DNA from: an uncultured Actinomycetes bacterium
GTDB lineage: Bacteria > Actinomycetota > Thermoleophilia > UBA2241
NCBI GenBank assembly: GCA_963725665.1
Contig: CAVRZA010000006.1
Location: 416,001 to 480,000 of the forward strand
Length of the DNA: 64,000 nucleotides
Direction of reading: 5' to 3'
Positions 25,397 to 35,289 of the stretch are shown here, one piece after another. A program made the translations under genes and the position numbers. The notes beneath the pieces were generated by a model, which was not told the DNA's origin, did not search any database, and saw nothing but the letters and a program-made list of their open reading frames with translations. Each line of letters starts with the position of its first letter. The first letter of the stretch is position 1.

Positions 25397-25499
25397 ACTC
25401 AGCCCTGGCCACTTCCAGGCTCGCTCGCGCCACGCGTGCAGCACGAACCTGCCCTCGCGAGGCGTTTGCCCCTCGCGGCGGCCAAGGTAGACTACGAGC

Positions 25500-25856
25500 A
25501 TGCTGCAGAACGCCGCCCAGAACGCGCCCGAGCTCACCGGCTTCATCCTGCTGCTGATCCTCATAGGGTTCGCGGTCGTGGTCGGCGCGGCCATGGGCAT
25601 GGTCGGCCGTGCCGGCTGGCGTCTGCTGGTGTCCCTCCAGACCATACAGAAGACGGTCCTCACGCCGGCCGTCGAGCTTGCCGAGCGGGCCGAGAAGGCG
25701 GCCGAGCGCGCCGATGCGCTGGCCGTCAGGGCGCAGGAACTCGACGGGACCGTGGCGAGACTGCAGAAGAACATGGCCGCGCTTTCCATCCTCGCTGCGA
25801 CGCTTCAGAAAGCGTCGCAGCCCTGGCTGAGCGTGCGCGGCTTCGTGCGCAAGTGA
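25500..25856 (+). CDS. Hypothetical membrane protein (TM + coiled coil)
   Basis: 118 aa, one hydrophobic helix then heptad-like region; GC-rich third codon positions. Confidence 0.65.
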   Translation: MLQNAAQNAPELTGFILLLILIGFAVVVGAAMGMVGRAGWRLLVSLQTIQKTVLTPAVELAERAEKAAERADALAVRAQELDGTVARLQKNMAALSILAATLQKASQPWLSVRGFVRK

Positions 25857-25861
25857 CCTGA

Positions 25862-25927
25862 GGCGACGAGGAGCGCGTCGGCGGCGGGCTCCCCCGGGAG
25901 CCCGCCGCCGACGCGCTCCTCGTCGCC
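25862..25927. terminator. Perfect 32-bp-arm inverted repeat between convergent genes
   Basis: GGCGACGAGGAGCGCGTCGGCGGCGGGCTCCC-CC-exact reverse complement. Confidence 0.8.
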
Positions 25928-25943
25928 AGACCTCGCCCGGCAG

Positions 25944-27698
25944 CTAGACCCGCGCCGCCGAGTTCTCGAAGTCCCAGCCGCGCTCCGCGTAGTAGTCGCG
26001 CCGCAGCCGCTCCATCTGCTCGTGCGAGACCCGCAGCTCGCTGCCGTCGTGCGCGGCCACTGGCCGCTCGGTGATCCAGGCCGGCAAACGCTCCTGGTCG
26101 GCCCCGAACCCGCGCAGCTCGTTGAAACGATGCGTCTCGGCGATGATCCGTCCCATCACTGCACGCAGCCCCTCGACCGAGTAGTCGGTGTCGACGGCGG
26201 CGTTGACGACGTCGGTGATGTAGGGCCACTGCACGAGGTCGCGGTAGAAGCGGCAGTAGATCAGGGTGTCCATGACGCAGAGCCGGTCCTCCCAGTCGAC
26301 GAGCATCGCCGCCTTGCCCTCGGGCTCGGCGGGGTCGGAGAGGCCGGCCAGCTCGGCCTTGTAGAACGTGCTGCGCAGGTGGCAGGCGCCGCGAGAGGCC
26401 GTGACGAAGGTGAGGCCCATCCCCTTCAGCTTGCGCGCGTCGTAGCCGGCCGGCTCCATGCCCTTGACGTGCACGGCGACGCCCTCGAGGCCGAGCTCCT
26501 TCTCCACTCTCAGGATGCCGTCGGCGAACAGGTCGCCCACACCTTCGCGGCGCGCCATCATCTCGAGGAACTCGGCCACGCCGTCGGCGTCGCCGTACTC
26601 CAGCCCCAGATCGAGCTTGCCACGCTGACACGCCTCGATGGCCAGCGCCGCGAGGTTGCCGCCGCTCATCGTGTCCATGCCCAGCCGGTCGCAGATATCG
26701 TTCATGCGCATGATCTGCGTCCAGTCGCTGATCTCGCACAGACCGCCGAAGGCGTAGATTGTCTCGTACTCTGGCCCGTCGATCTCGAGACCGGCCAGGG
26801 GCCCTTCTTTGACGATGTTGCGCTTCACGCACTGCAGCATGCACGGCGGGCACACCTGGTTCTTGACGTACGTTGTCTCGAGCATGTGCTCGACCGTAAG
26901 CTCCTCGAAGTACTCGGCGCTGGCCTTCTGCCAATACCGCGTAGGGAAGGTGTCGGCCCCGTTCAGCAGGCGCACCATGTTCACGGTCCCGCCGCGCTTG
27001 TAGGCGGCCACCCCGGCGTCGTCCTTGCCCCGCGCGACCATGTCCTTGCAGAGGGCGTCGAAGGCTTCGGGTCTGGCGACAGAGGGCTTCTGCGTGCCGT
27101 GCCAGACGATGCCCTTGACCTTCTTCGAGCCCATGACCGTGCCGGGACCGCCCCGCCCGAGGTGGTGCCACTTCTCGTTGTTGACGCAGGCGAAGCGCAC
27201 CAGGTTCTCGCCGGCGGGCCCGATGGCACACACCTTGGCCTTGGGTACGTTGACCTTAGCCAGCAGGCTCTCCTCGGCCTCGTAGGCGTCGAGCCCCCAC
27301 ACGTCGTCGGCAGGGTGGATCTGCGCCCCCTCCTCGGAGACCTCCAGGAACACCGGCGAGTCGGCGGCTCCCTCGACGACGACCATCTTGTAGCCCGTCG
27401 CGGCGAACTGCGGCGTCAGGTTGCCTCCCGAGTACGCCTCACCGTAGCCACCGGTCAGAGGTGAGGCGAAGTAGACCGCATACCGGTTGCTGCCCATCAT
27501 CTTGCTGCCGCCCATAGGGCCGACGGCGAAGAAGAGCTTGTTCTGTGGGCTCAGCGGGTCGACCTCGGGCCCGACCTCGTTCAGCAGGTAGTGGGTCCCG
27601 AGCCCCTTGGCGCCGACATACTCGCGGATCAGCTCCGGCGGTATCGTCTCCTCGCTCGTGGTGCGCGTGGTGAGATCGATCCTCAGAAGGTCACCCAT
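25944..27698 (-). CDS. Aldehyde:ferredoxin oxidoreductase family (tungstopterin, 4Fe-4S)
   Basis: IGPAGENLVRFA, GRGGPGTVMGSKKVK, CPPCMLQC, DGPEYET, CDRLGMDT, SRGACHL. Confidence 0.92.
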   Translation of the reverse strand: MGDLLRIDLTTRTTSEETIPPELIREYVGAKGLGTHYLLNEVGPEVDPLSPQNKLFFAVGPMGGSKMMGSNRYAVYFASPLTGGYGEAYSGGNLTPQFAATGYKMVVVEGAADSPVFLEVSEEGAQIHPADDVWGLDAYEAEESLLAKVNVPKAKVCAIGPAGENLVRFACVNNEKWHHLGRGGPGTVMGSKKVKGIVWHGTQKPSVARPEAFDALCKDMVARGKDDAGVAAYKRGGTVNMVRLLNGADTFPTRYWQKASAEYFEELTVEHMLETTYVKNQVCPPCMLQCVKRNIVKEGPLAGLEIDGPEYETIYAFGGLCEISDWTQIMRMNDICDRLGMDTMSGGNLAALAIEACQRGKLDLGLEYGDADGVAEFLEMMARREGVGDLFADGILRVEKELGLEGVAVHVKGMEPAGYDARKLKGMGLTFVTASRGACHLRSTFYKAELAGLSDPAEPEGKAAMLVDWEDRLCVMDTLIYCRFYRDLVQWPYITDVVNAAVDTDYSVEGLRAVMGRIIAETHRFNELRGFGADQERLPAWITERPVAAHDGSELRVSHEQMERLRRDYYAERGWDFENSAARV

Positions 27699-27819
27699 TC
27701 CGCTTCCTTTCGCTGTCTCCTCGACGCAAGACCGACCGACCGGCCGCTCGCGAACGTCCTCCTCAGACACTGTGAACTGCGCCGCCGCGGCTTGGCAACC
27801 GCAATTTGGTCGAAAACGG

Positions 27820-27857
27820 GGGCGGGGCTGTGGTCCGGATGGACCACAGCCCCGCCC
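27820..27857 (-). terminator. Terminator hairpin downstream of ald
   Basis: GGGCGGGGCTGTGGTCC-GGAT-GGACCACAGCCCCGCCC, followed by TTTT on the - strand. Confidence 0.7.
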
Positions 27858-27893
27858 GATCGAGTGTCTTGTGGTGCGCAGCCGCGAGGCGAC

Positions 27894-29018
27894 TTACGCC
27901 TTCATCGCCTTCTCGAGCGGCGTGTAGGTGAGCTTGTGCGCGTCGGCGACGGACTTGATCGTCAGCTTGCCGCGGTACACGTTGACGCCGAGGGCGAGCG
28001 CGGGATCTTCCTTGACCGCCTTCTCGAAGCCCTTGCTGGCGATCTTCACACCGTAGGGCAGCGTGGCGCCGGCGAGCGCCATCGCGGAGGTGCGGGCCAG
28101 CGCGCCGGGCATGTTGGCGACACAGTAGTGGATGACGCCGTCGACCACGTAGGTGGGCTCGCTGTGCGACGTCGGCTTCGAGGTCTCGAAGCAGCCACCC
28201 TGGTCGATGGCCACGTCGACCAGGACCGAACCGGGCTTCATGTGCTTGAGCATGCTGCGCTTGACGAGATGTGGGGCCTGCGCGCCGTGCGGCAGGAGCA
28301 CCGCGCCGACGACGATGTCGGCATCGGCGATCTCCTCCTCGATGACGGCTTCGTTGCTGAGCACGGTCTCGATGCGACCGCCGAAGACATCGTCGAGGTA
28401 GGTCAGGCGCGGCGCCCAGGCGTCGAGCACGACCGTGCGGGCGCCCATGCCCACGGACACCTTGGCGGCGTTGGTGCCGACGGTGCCGCCGCCGATGATG
28501 ACGACCTTGGCCGGCGGGACGCCGGTCACACCGCCGAGGAGCACGCCCTCGCCCCCGTGGTTCTTCTGCAGGTGCGTCGCGCCGGCCTGGATGGCCAGCT
28601 TGCCGGCGACCTCGCTCATCGGGAAGAGGAGGGGATGGCCGCCGGCCTCGGTCTCGACCGTCTCGAAAGCGATCGCCCGGATATCGGCCTTCATCATCGC
28701 TTTGGTGAGGTCCTTGGCATAGGCCGCCGCAAGGTGCAGGTAGGTGTAGAGGATCTGGCCCGGCTTGAACTTGCCGTACTCGCTCGGCAGGGGCTCCTTC
28801 ACCTTGTAGATCATGTCGCCGCGGGCCCACACATCGTCGACGGCGGCGAGCTCGGCACCCGCGGCCTTGTAGGCCTTGTCCTCGAAGCCGGCGCCGACAC
28901 CGGCGCCCTTCTCGACGATCACCGTGTGGCCGGCGCGCACGAGCTCCTTCACGCCGATAGGCGTCGCGGCGACGCGGTACTCCTCGTTCTTGATCTCCTT
29001 GGGTACTCCGACGATCAT
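27894..29018 (-). CDS. ald: Alanine dehydrogenase
   Basis: MIVGVPKEIKNEEYRV, YTYLHLA, DVAIDQGGC, YCVANMPGA. Confidence 0.95.
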   Translation of the reverse strand: MIVGVPKEIKNEEYRVAATPIGVKELVRAGHTVIVEKGAGVGAGFEDKAYKAAGAELAAVDDVWARGDMIYKVKEPLPSEYGKFKPGQILYTYLHLAAAYAKDLTKAMMKADIRAIAFETVETEAGGHPLLFPMSEVAGKLAIQAGATHLQKNHGGEGVLLGGVTGVPPAKVVIIGGGTVGTNAAKVSVGMGARTVVLDAWAPRLTYLDDVFGGRIETVLSNEAVIEEEIADADIVVGAVLLPHGAQAPHLVKRSMLKHMKPGSVLVDVAIDQGGCFETSKPTSHSEPTYVVDGVIHYCVANMPGALARTSAMALAGATLPYGVKIASKGFEKAVKEDPALALGVNVYRGKLTIKSVADAHKLTYTPLEKAMKA

Positions 29019-29375
29019 GGCTGCCTCCTTGGCGACTTCCCCACGGCCCTTTCAACGAGTGCGCTTCTGTGCTTTCCCGAGAGATTCTGTTCTCTCTTGA
29101 GCCGCGTGCATCTTAGCACAAGCTCCTCGGCTCGTACTCGTCAAACGGAAGTCCTCGAACACCCCGTCGTTCCGCCGCGGCTAGAGCACGGGCCAGGCAG
29201 TGGCCCCGCGCCTCGGTACGCCATGACGCTATGGTTGTACTATCAGCGCCGGGTCCGCGACGGGAAGACCGCGGAGACCGCGGCGGCACGAAGACGGCGC
29301 CCGAGCGGAGACGGTACCGGGGCCAAGGCGGCACCTGGGCCAGGACGGTACGGCGCCACGACGAAAGGGACCGGC

Positions 29376-30398
29376 ATGACGGGTCGGGAAGACCACGAGC
29401 TGGCCATCGAGCGGCTGGAGAGGGAGCTCGGAGGGCGCGTCGGCGTAGCCGCACGCGACCTCGCATCGGGCGCCCAGGTCCTCTACCGGCCCGACGAGCC
29501 CTTTCCCATGGCCAGCGTCTTCAAAGTGCCGCTCATGGTCGCCCTGCTGCGCGCCGTCGACGCCGGCACGGTGACGCTCGACGAACGCCTCCAGCTGACC
29601 GAGCGGATCAAGAGCCCCGGAAGCACCCTCGTGCACTGCGACCCGGGGCTCGCGCCGACGCTGCGCGACCTGCTGTGCCTCACCATCACGCTGAGCGACA
29701 ACACGGCGACCGACATGCTGTGGCGCCGCCTCGGGCGGCGGGCGATCAACAGCGCCATGCGTGAGCTCGGTCTCGACAGCATCGACTGCAGCATGCCGAA
29801 CCGGGAGTACTTCCTCCTCGAGATCGTGCGCAACGGCGACTGGGAGGGGATGGGCGCGGCCGACATCGTGGCGAGATGGCGCGAGCTCGACGACAGCGGG
29901 CGCTGGACCGCCCTGGAGCGCCTCGAGGAGCTCAATGCCGATCTCACCGGCGCCGACTTCCTGCGTCGCTGGGTGGAGCGCTACGGCTGGAGCGACGAGA
30001 CAGACTACGACGACGCCTTCGTCTTCGACCAGGCGCTCGACAACCAGGGGACGCCGCGCGAGATCGCCGAGCTCCTGGCGATGGTAGCCGAGGGCCGCTG
30101 CGCGTCGGAGTCTTCGTGTGCGCTGATGGTCGAGGTGCTCAGCCGGCAGGAGTGGACCACGCGCATCCCGGCCGGGCTGCCCCCCGGCCTCAAGATCGCC
30201 AACAAGACCGGCAGCGTGGCCGGCACCGTCAACGACGTAGCCATCGTCTACCCGCCCGCCGGGCCGCCTTTCGTCCTCGTCGTGTTCTGCAAAGGCCTGA
30301 GCTACGCGGCCCAGTCGGCTGCGGAGAAGACGATCGCGCGCGTCGCCGGCGACGTGCACGCGTCGTTCGCCGCTTCCCGGGGAACGACACAGGCGTGA
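29376..30398 (+). CDS. Class A beta-lactamase-like serine hydrolase, no signal peptide
   Basis: FPMASVFK (SxxK), LSDN, NKTG; ATG at 29376. Confidence 0.85.
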   Translation: MTGREDHELAIERLERELGGRVGVAARDLASGAQVLYRPDEPFPMASVFKVPLMVALLRAVDAGTVTLDERLQLTERIKSPGSTLVHCDPGLAPTLRDLLCLTITLSDNTATDMLWRRLGRRAINSAMRELGLDSIDCSMPNREYFLLEIVRNGDWEGMGAADIVARWRELDDSGRWTALERLEELNADLTGADFLRRWVERYGWSDETDYDDAFVFDQALDNQGTPREIAELLAMVAEGRCASESSCALMVEVLSRQEWTTRIPAGLPPGLKIANKTGSVAGTVNDVAIVYPPAGPPFVLVVFCKGLSYAAQSAAEKTIARVAGDVHASFAASRGTTQA

Positions 30399-31207
30399 AC
30401 GTCAACGGCATGCGCTGTCTCCTCGCCGGTGGCGCGCGCGGCTTGGGCGCCGCGCTCGCGCTCGACTTCGCCGAGCACGGCGCCGACGTGGCCGTCTCGT
30501 ACCATAGCTCGGCCGGCCGGGCAAACGAGACCTGCGCCGGCGTGCGCGCCCTAGGACGCCGCTGCGCCGCCCTGCAGGTCGATCTCACAGACGCGGACGA
30601 CGCCCGCCGGCTCGTCGCGCGCGCCGCGACCGAGCTCGGCGGCCTCGACGCCCTCGTTTACGCGGCCAGCGGCCCCTTCGTCCCGCGCCGCCCCGAGGAG
30701 CTCGACGAGGCCGCTTGGGCCGCCTCGCTCGACACCATCGCCAAGGGGTTTCTCTTCACCGCCCAGGCGGCCTACGAGGCGTTCATGCGCGGGCAGCCGT
30801 CCCACACCGCGGGCGAGCAGGACGCTCCCGCGGGCGCCGGCGCCGGCGCCGATCCGGCCTTCCCGCCTTCACGCGGCGTCATCGTGGCGATCACGGACGT
30901 CGGCGGTGAGGCTCCGTGGGCGGCCTTCGCGGCGCACAGCGCCGCGAAGGCCGCCCAGATCGCCCTCGTGAAGGCGCTGGCCAAGGCCTGGGGCCGCGAC
31001 GGCGTGCGCGTCTGCGGCGTCGCCCCCGGACCGCTCGACCTAGCCGACGACAGGCGCCGCGAGGCGAGCCAGCGGGCGGCCGGGCGCACGGTGATCGGCA
31101 GGCTGCAGCGGCCTGAAGAGATCGCCACCGCGGTGAGGTTCTGCCTCGAGAACGACTACGTCACCGGGCAGAACCTGATCGTCGACGGCGGCTTCTTGCT
31201 CAGGTAG
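30395..31207 (+). CDS. Short-chain dehydrogenase (pteridine reductase-like)
   Basis: GGARGLG, YHSS, HSAAK in place of YxxxK, DYVTGQNLIVDGG; GTG overlaps upstream stop. Confidence 0.82.
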   Translation: MNVNGMRCLLAGGARGLGAALALDFAEHGADVAVSYHSSAGRANETCAGVRALGRRCAALQVDLTDADDARRLVARAATELGGLDALVYAASGPFVPRRPEELDEAAWAASLDTIAKGFLFTAQAAYEAFMRGQPSHTAGEQDAPAGAGAGADPAFPPSRGVIVAITDVGGEAPWAAFAAHSAAKAAQIALVKALAKAWGRDGVRVCGVAPGPLDLADDRRREASQRAAGRTVIGRLQRPEEIATAVRFCLENDYVTGQNLIVDGGFLLR

Positions 31208-31305
31208 TCCCAGGAAGGTCCGCCGGCCTCGCAGTCGGGGACGGCCATCCGGTGGCTTGCCGAGGACGACGCTACGAAAGACTTCGTGCGGCCGTCCACG
31301 CTCCT

Positions 31306-32967
31306 CTAGTCTTTGGCGGCGACCTTCTGCTTCTTGCCCGACTGGTCGATGAGCTCCTTGGCCTTGAGGGCGAGCCAGAACTCCATGCGGTCCTGCGAAC
31401 TGCTCAGGTCGCGACCCGTGATCTCCTCGACGCGCTTCATGCGGTAGCGCAGGGTGTGACGGTGGACGTAGAGGCGCTCGGAGGCCTCACCCCAGTGTCC
31501 GTTCGCCTCGAGGAAGCAGGCGAGGCTCTTGACCAGGTCGCTCGAGCTCTGCTCGTCGTACTCATGCAGCTTGCCGAGCACGCTGTCGTAGAAGACCTCG
31601 AGCGAGAGCGTGTCCTGCAGGCCCAGGAGCAGCCCGTAGGAGCCCAGGTCGTCGAAGCTGGCGATGACGGCCCGGTTGCCCTTGAGCTTGCGGATCCTGA
31701 TGGCGTAGAGAGCCTCGTAGTAGCTCTGTCGCAGGTCGACGAGCGATTTGTGCGGCCGGCCGAGACCGATGGAGACGGTGATCTCGGGCAGCATCGCCTC
31801 GACGGCGCGCTGCAGGTCGGCGGCCAGACCGATGACATCGGTCGCGCGCACGCCACCGAGCTGCACGAGCACGACCACCGAGTCGCTGCGCGAGGCCGAG
31901 ATGAAGAGTACATCTCGGCGCGCGAGGAACTCATCGACCGCCCAGTGCAGGCGCTCCTTGACGTCCTGGATGACCGTCTCCTCACGTTCGCCGTCGCCGC
32001 TCGTGAAGGCCTTGAACTCATCGATATCGACCAGCGCGATCATGTGCTGGCCCTCGGGGTCGAGGCCGAAGAAAGATAGGCGGCGGGCGATCTCCTCCTC
32101 GTAGAGGTCGCTGGCGATGAGCTCGTCGAAGAAGTCGCCGGCGAGGCGCTTCTCGGTCTCGGCGACGGCCTTCTTCTTCACCAATTCGAGAGCGGTCACC
32201 GTGACGACGTGGTGCAGGATGATGCGGTCGTAGTCGGAGAACTCCCCCGTGTCCTTCACCACGGCGAGGAAGGCGCCGATGCGGTGCGAAGCCACGATCG
32301 GGTAGACCTGCACGGTGGTCGGGTTGCCATCGAGCCCGATGGAGAAGTTCTGGCGGTTGGCGCGCCGCTCCGAGATCTGGTGCCACAGGCCGGCGATCAT
32401 CTCGCTGGTGAGCTGCCTGCGGTAGGAGGCCTCACAAAGGACGAGGCCGTGGAAGTCGAAGAGCACGGCGGAGCAGCCCACCAGTGTCGAGAGCGTCGTG
32501 ATGATGCTGTCGAGGCCCCGCTCCTCGAGCACGATCTTGGTCAGCTTCTCGTGCACCGCAAGGCTGCGCTGGAGGAGCGCGTACTGCTCGTTGACGATCT
32601 TCGAGGAGACCGCCTCCGTGATGGCGATGAACGGCACGCTGTAGGGCACCTCGAAGATGGGGAAGTCTTGCTCTTCGGCCATGTCGATCATGGCCTGGGG
32701 CACCTTCTTGTAGCTGAACCCAGTGCCGAAGCCCAAGCCGGCGAGGTTGGCGTCGATGACGCTTGACAGGAACGTCGCCTGGTCCTCCGCCGAGTGGCCG
32801 ATCCCCATGCCGGTGGAGAGGAGAAGCTCGCCGCCCTTGAGCCACTTCGCCGGGTCGCGCACCTCGGCGATGTGCACCCAGCGCACGGGGTTGCTCACGG
32901 ACTTGCCCCCCGCCAGGAGCTTCAGATTCAGACCGGGGATATCGAGGATGTCCTCGACCGTGATCAT
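31306..32967 (-). CDS. PucR-family transcriptional regulator
   Basis: VRWVHIAE..WLKGGELLLSTG PucR N-domain, C-terminal HTH LYVHRHTLRYRM. Confidence 0.92.
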   Translation of the reverse strand: MITVEDILDIPGLNLKLLAGGKSVSNPVRWVHIAEVRDPAKWLKGGELLLSTGMGIGHSAEDQATFLSSVIDANLAGLGFGTGFSYKKVPQAMIDMAEEQDFPIFEVPYSVPFIAITEAVSSKIVNEQYALLQRSLAVHEKLTKIVLEERGLDSIITTLSTLVGCSAVLFDFHGLVLCEASYRRQLTSEMIAGLWHQISERRANRQNFSIGLDGNPTTVQVYPIVASHRIGAFLAVVKDTGEFSDYDRIILHHVVTVTALELVKKKAVAETEKRLAGDFFDELIASDLYEEEIARRLSFFGLDPEGQHMIALVDIDEFKAFTSGDGEREETVIQDVKERLHWAVDEFLARRDVLFISASRSDSVVVLVQLGGVRATDVIGLAADLQRAVEAMLPEITVSIGLGRPHKSLVDLRQSYYEALYAIRIRKLKGNRAVIASFDDLGSYGLLLGLQDTLSLEVFYDSVLGKLHEYDEQSSSDLVKSLACFLEANGHWGEASERLYVHRHTLRYRMKRVEEITGRDLSSSQDRMEFWLALKAKELIDQSGKKQKVAAKD

Positions 32968-33009
32968 CGCTTCACGCCCTACGTTCGCCTTTGCCTTCGT
33001 CGCCCGGCG

Positions 33010-34179
33010 CTAGAGGCGCTTGACCACCTCGCCCATGAGGTCCTTCTCGGCCATGCCCTTCTCGACGTCGGTGATGAGCGAGCCACTGTCGCCCCAGCAG
33101 CCAACCTTGACCTTCTGCCCCTGCTGCCACTCGCGGCGCTCGGTGTGGAGCAGGTTCTGCTGCAGCACCTGCGCCAGGTGCTTGCCCTCTACATCGACGA
33201 TGAACTGCGTGATCGAGCCGATGTAGACCACCGCCTTGATCGTCCCGTCGTAGATGTTCTGGCGATCCTCCATCTCGTGCACGTCGTCGACCGGCGTGAT
33301 GAACAGCTTCTCCGGCCGGATGACGACGCCCACCTTCTGGCCCGCCAGGACGTCGTGCCGTCCCGTCATGACCTTGATCCCGAGGCCCTGGTCAGTGCGG
33401 CACTCCGCCAGCCCGTCCGTCACGGAGACGACGTCCGAGAGGTAGATGTTCGAGACACCGATGAAGTTGGCCACGAAGGCCGACTCGGGGTTCTCGTAGA
33501 TGTCGATCGGCCGCCCGACCTGCTCACAGAGACCCTGGCTCATGACCACGAGCCGGTCGCTCATGGTGAGCGCCTCTTCCTGGTCGTGGGTCACGTAGAT
33601 GAAGGTGATGCCGACGTCGCTCTGCAGCTTCTTGAGCTCCAGCTGCATCGCCTTGCGTAGCTTGGCGTCGAGGGCCCCGAGGGGCTCATCGAGGAGTAAC
33701 ACGGTGGGGCGGTTAACGAGGGCGCGCGCGAGCGCCACGCGCTGCTGCTGGCCGCCTGAGAGCTGGCTCGGCCTCCGCTGGATCATCTGATCCATCTCGA
33801 CCATCTCGAGCGCCTCTTGCACCCGCTGCTTGAGCTCGGGCTCGGGCACCTTCTGCCGCTTGAGGCCGAAGGCGACGTTCTCCCACACGTTGAGGTGCGG
33901 AAAGAGGGCGTAGTTCTGGAAGACGGTGTTGACCGGCCGCCTGTAGGGCGGCACGCCGGCGACCGGCGCGTTGGCGACGTAGATCTCGCCCTCGGTGGGC
34001 TGCTCGAAGCCGGCGACCATACGCAGCGTGGTGGTCTTGCCGCAACCGGAAGGGCCGAGCATGGAGAAGAACTCGCCCTTGCGGATCTGCAGGTTCATGT
34101 CCTTGACGGCGGTGAAGTCGCCGAACCTCTTGGTGACGTGCTCGATCTCGATGTCGTAGGTCTCGGGGTCCAGCGGCAT
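33010..34179 (-). CDS. PotA-like polyamine ABC ATP-binding protein
   Basis: [37 protein letters not shown]-terminus. Confidence 0.88.
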   Translation of the reverse strand: MPLDPETYDIEIEHVTKRFGDFTAVKDMNLQIRKGEFFSMLGPSGCGKTTTLRMVAGFEQPTEGEIYVANAPVAGVPPYRRPVNTVFQNYALFPHLNVWENVAFGLKRQKVPEPELKQRVQEALEMVEMDQMIQRRPSQLSGGQQQRVALARALVNRPTVLLLDEPLGALDAKLRKAMQLELKKLQSDVGITFIYVTHDQEEALTMSDRLVVMSQGLCEQVGRPIDIYENPESAFVANFIGVSNIYLSDVVSVTDGLAECRTDQGLGIKVMTGRHDVLAGQKVGVVIRPEKLFITPVDDVHEMEDRQNIYDGTIKAVVYIGSITQFIVDVEGKHLAQVLQQNLLHTERREWQQGQKVKVGCWGDSGSLITDVEKGMAEKDLMGEVVKRL

Positions 34180-34382
34180 GCTCTCCCTACCCTTTCTCGA
34201 ATCGCGAGCGGACATCGGCAGCGTCCCACCGATGGACGGCGAGGTCCTCCCGAACTGTACTACATGTCCAAATGGCAAGATAGACATAGGCGGCGCGAGA
34301 GGCCCGCGCGGCGCAAGACGCGCCGTCGGACGGCGCCGGCGCGGACCTCACGCGGGCGCGGCGGCGCGCCGACCACCGTCCT

Positions 34383-35195
34383 CTAGTGGTGGTCGACGCG
34401 CCGCCTGATCTGACGCCGCTTCATCTCAGCGATGACCCCGACCAGCTCGGCGACTGCCGCATCCAGGAGGGCGCGGCCCTTCTCGACGCTCGCCAACGTG
34501 GGATCGCCCATCGTGCCCGTACGCGACAGCGTAGACCAGTACTCCATCATGGAGCCTGGACCGTCGACCCAGTCCATGTAGAAGTAGTCCGAAGGCGGGA
34601 AGCTTATGTCCTTCTCGGCCTTGTCCATCTGTACCAGCTCGGGAGCGAGAGCGAGGTAGATCGACGTCTCGAGCTCGCAAGCATGCGCCATGCCGCCGGG
34701 GAACTCGGACTCGCGCACCTTGCGGACGGCCTCCTGTCCTTGAGCGGTGACAAGGTAGAAGTAGTCGCAGGCGATGGTCTCCGGGTGCTCGATGATCGTC
34801 AGGCGCGCGGCCATGTTGACGAGCGGCCCGTTGGAGCCGTGCCCGTTGGCGAGGATGAAGCGCCGGAAGCCGTGCCCGACCAGGCTTTGCGTGATGTCGA
34901 GCAGGTGTTCGACGAAGACGTGCCAGCGGATGTTGATGGAGCCCGGGAAGTCGCGGTGGTGCGGCGAGTAGCCGTGCGTGACCGCGGGCAGGAGCACGAC
35001 CTGGTCGGGCACCTTCGCGCAGGCGCCCTCGCAGATGGCTTCGACGATGCGCACGTCGCAGTCGACGGGCAGGTGCGGACCGTGGTCCTCGATCGTGGCG
35101 ATGGGCACGACGACCACCCGGTCCTCGTGGGCCACCGCGCGGATCTCGGGCCAGGTCATCTCGCGGTAGACGTACTTCTCGACTCTGGCGGTCAC
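34383..35195 (-). CDS. Creatininase-family amidohydrolase
   Basis: MTWPE, EDHGPHLPVDCD, NGHGSN, HACELETS. Confidence 0.9.
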   Translation of the reverse strand: MTARVEKYVYREMTWPEIRAVAHEDRVVVVPIATIEDHGPHLPVDCDVRIVEAICEGACAKVPDQVVLLPAVTHGYSPHHRDFPGSINIRWHVFVEHLLDITQSLVGHGFRRFILANGHGSNGPLVNMAARLTIIEHPETIACDYFYLVTAQGQEAVRKVRESEFPGGMAHACELETSIYLALAPELVQMDKAEKDISFPPSDYFYMDWVDGPGSMMEYWSTLSRTGTMGDPTLASVEKGRALLDAAVAELVGVIAEMKRRQIRRRVDHH

Positions 35196-35289
35196 ATGTC
35201 GCCTCCTGATCTCACCTTGCGAATCGACAGGCACAGCCCCCGCTGCGCTGCACGTCCTCTCCGTCGCCGGGTTCTCCGCCGCGCGCCCG

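Noticed and set aside
27591-30398. 935-aa ORF and many other long antisense or off-frame ORFs
   Set aside because: Shadow ORFs of high-GC genes; only 29376-30398 carries real motifs.
34383-35195. Mycofactocin MftE assignment
   Set aside because: No mftA/B/C/D/F nearby; generic creatininase family only.
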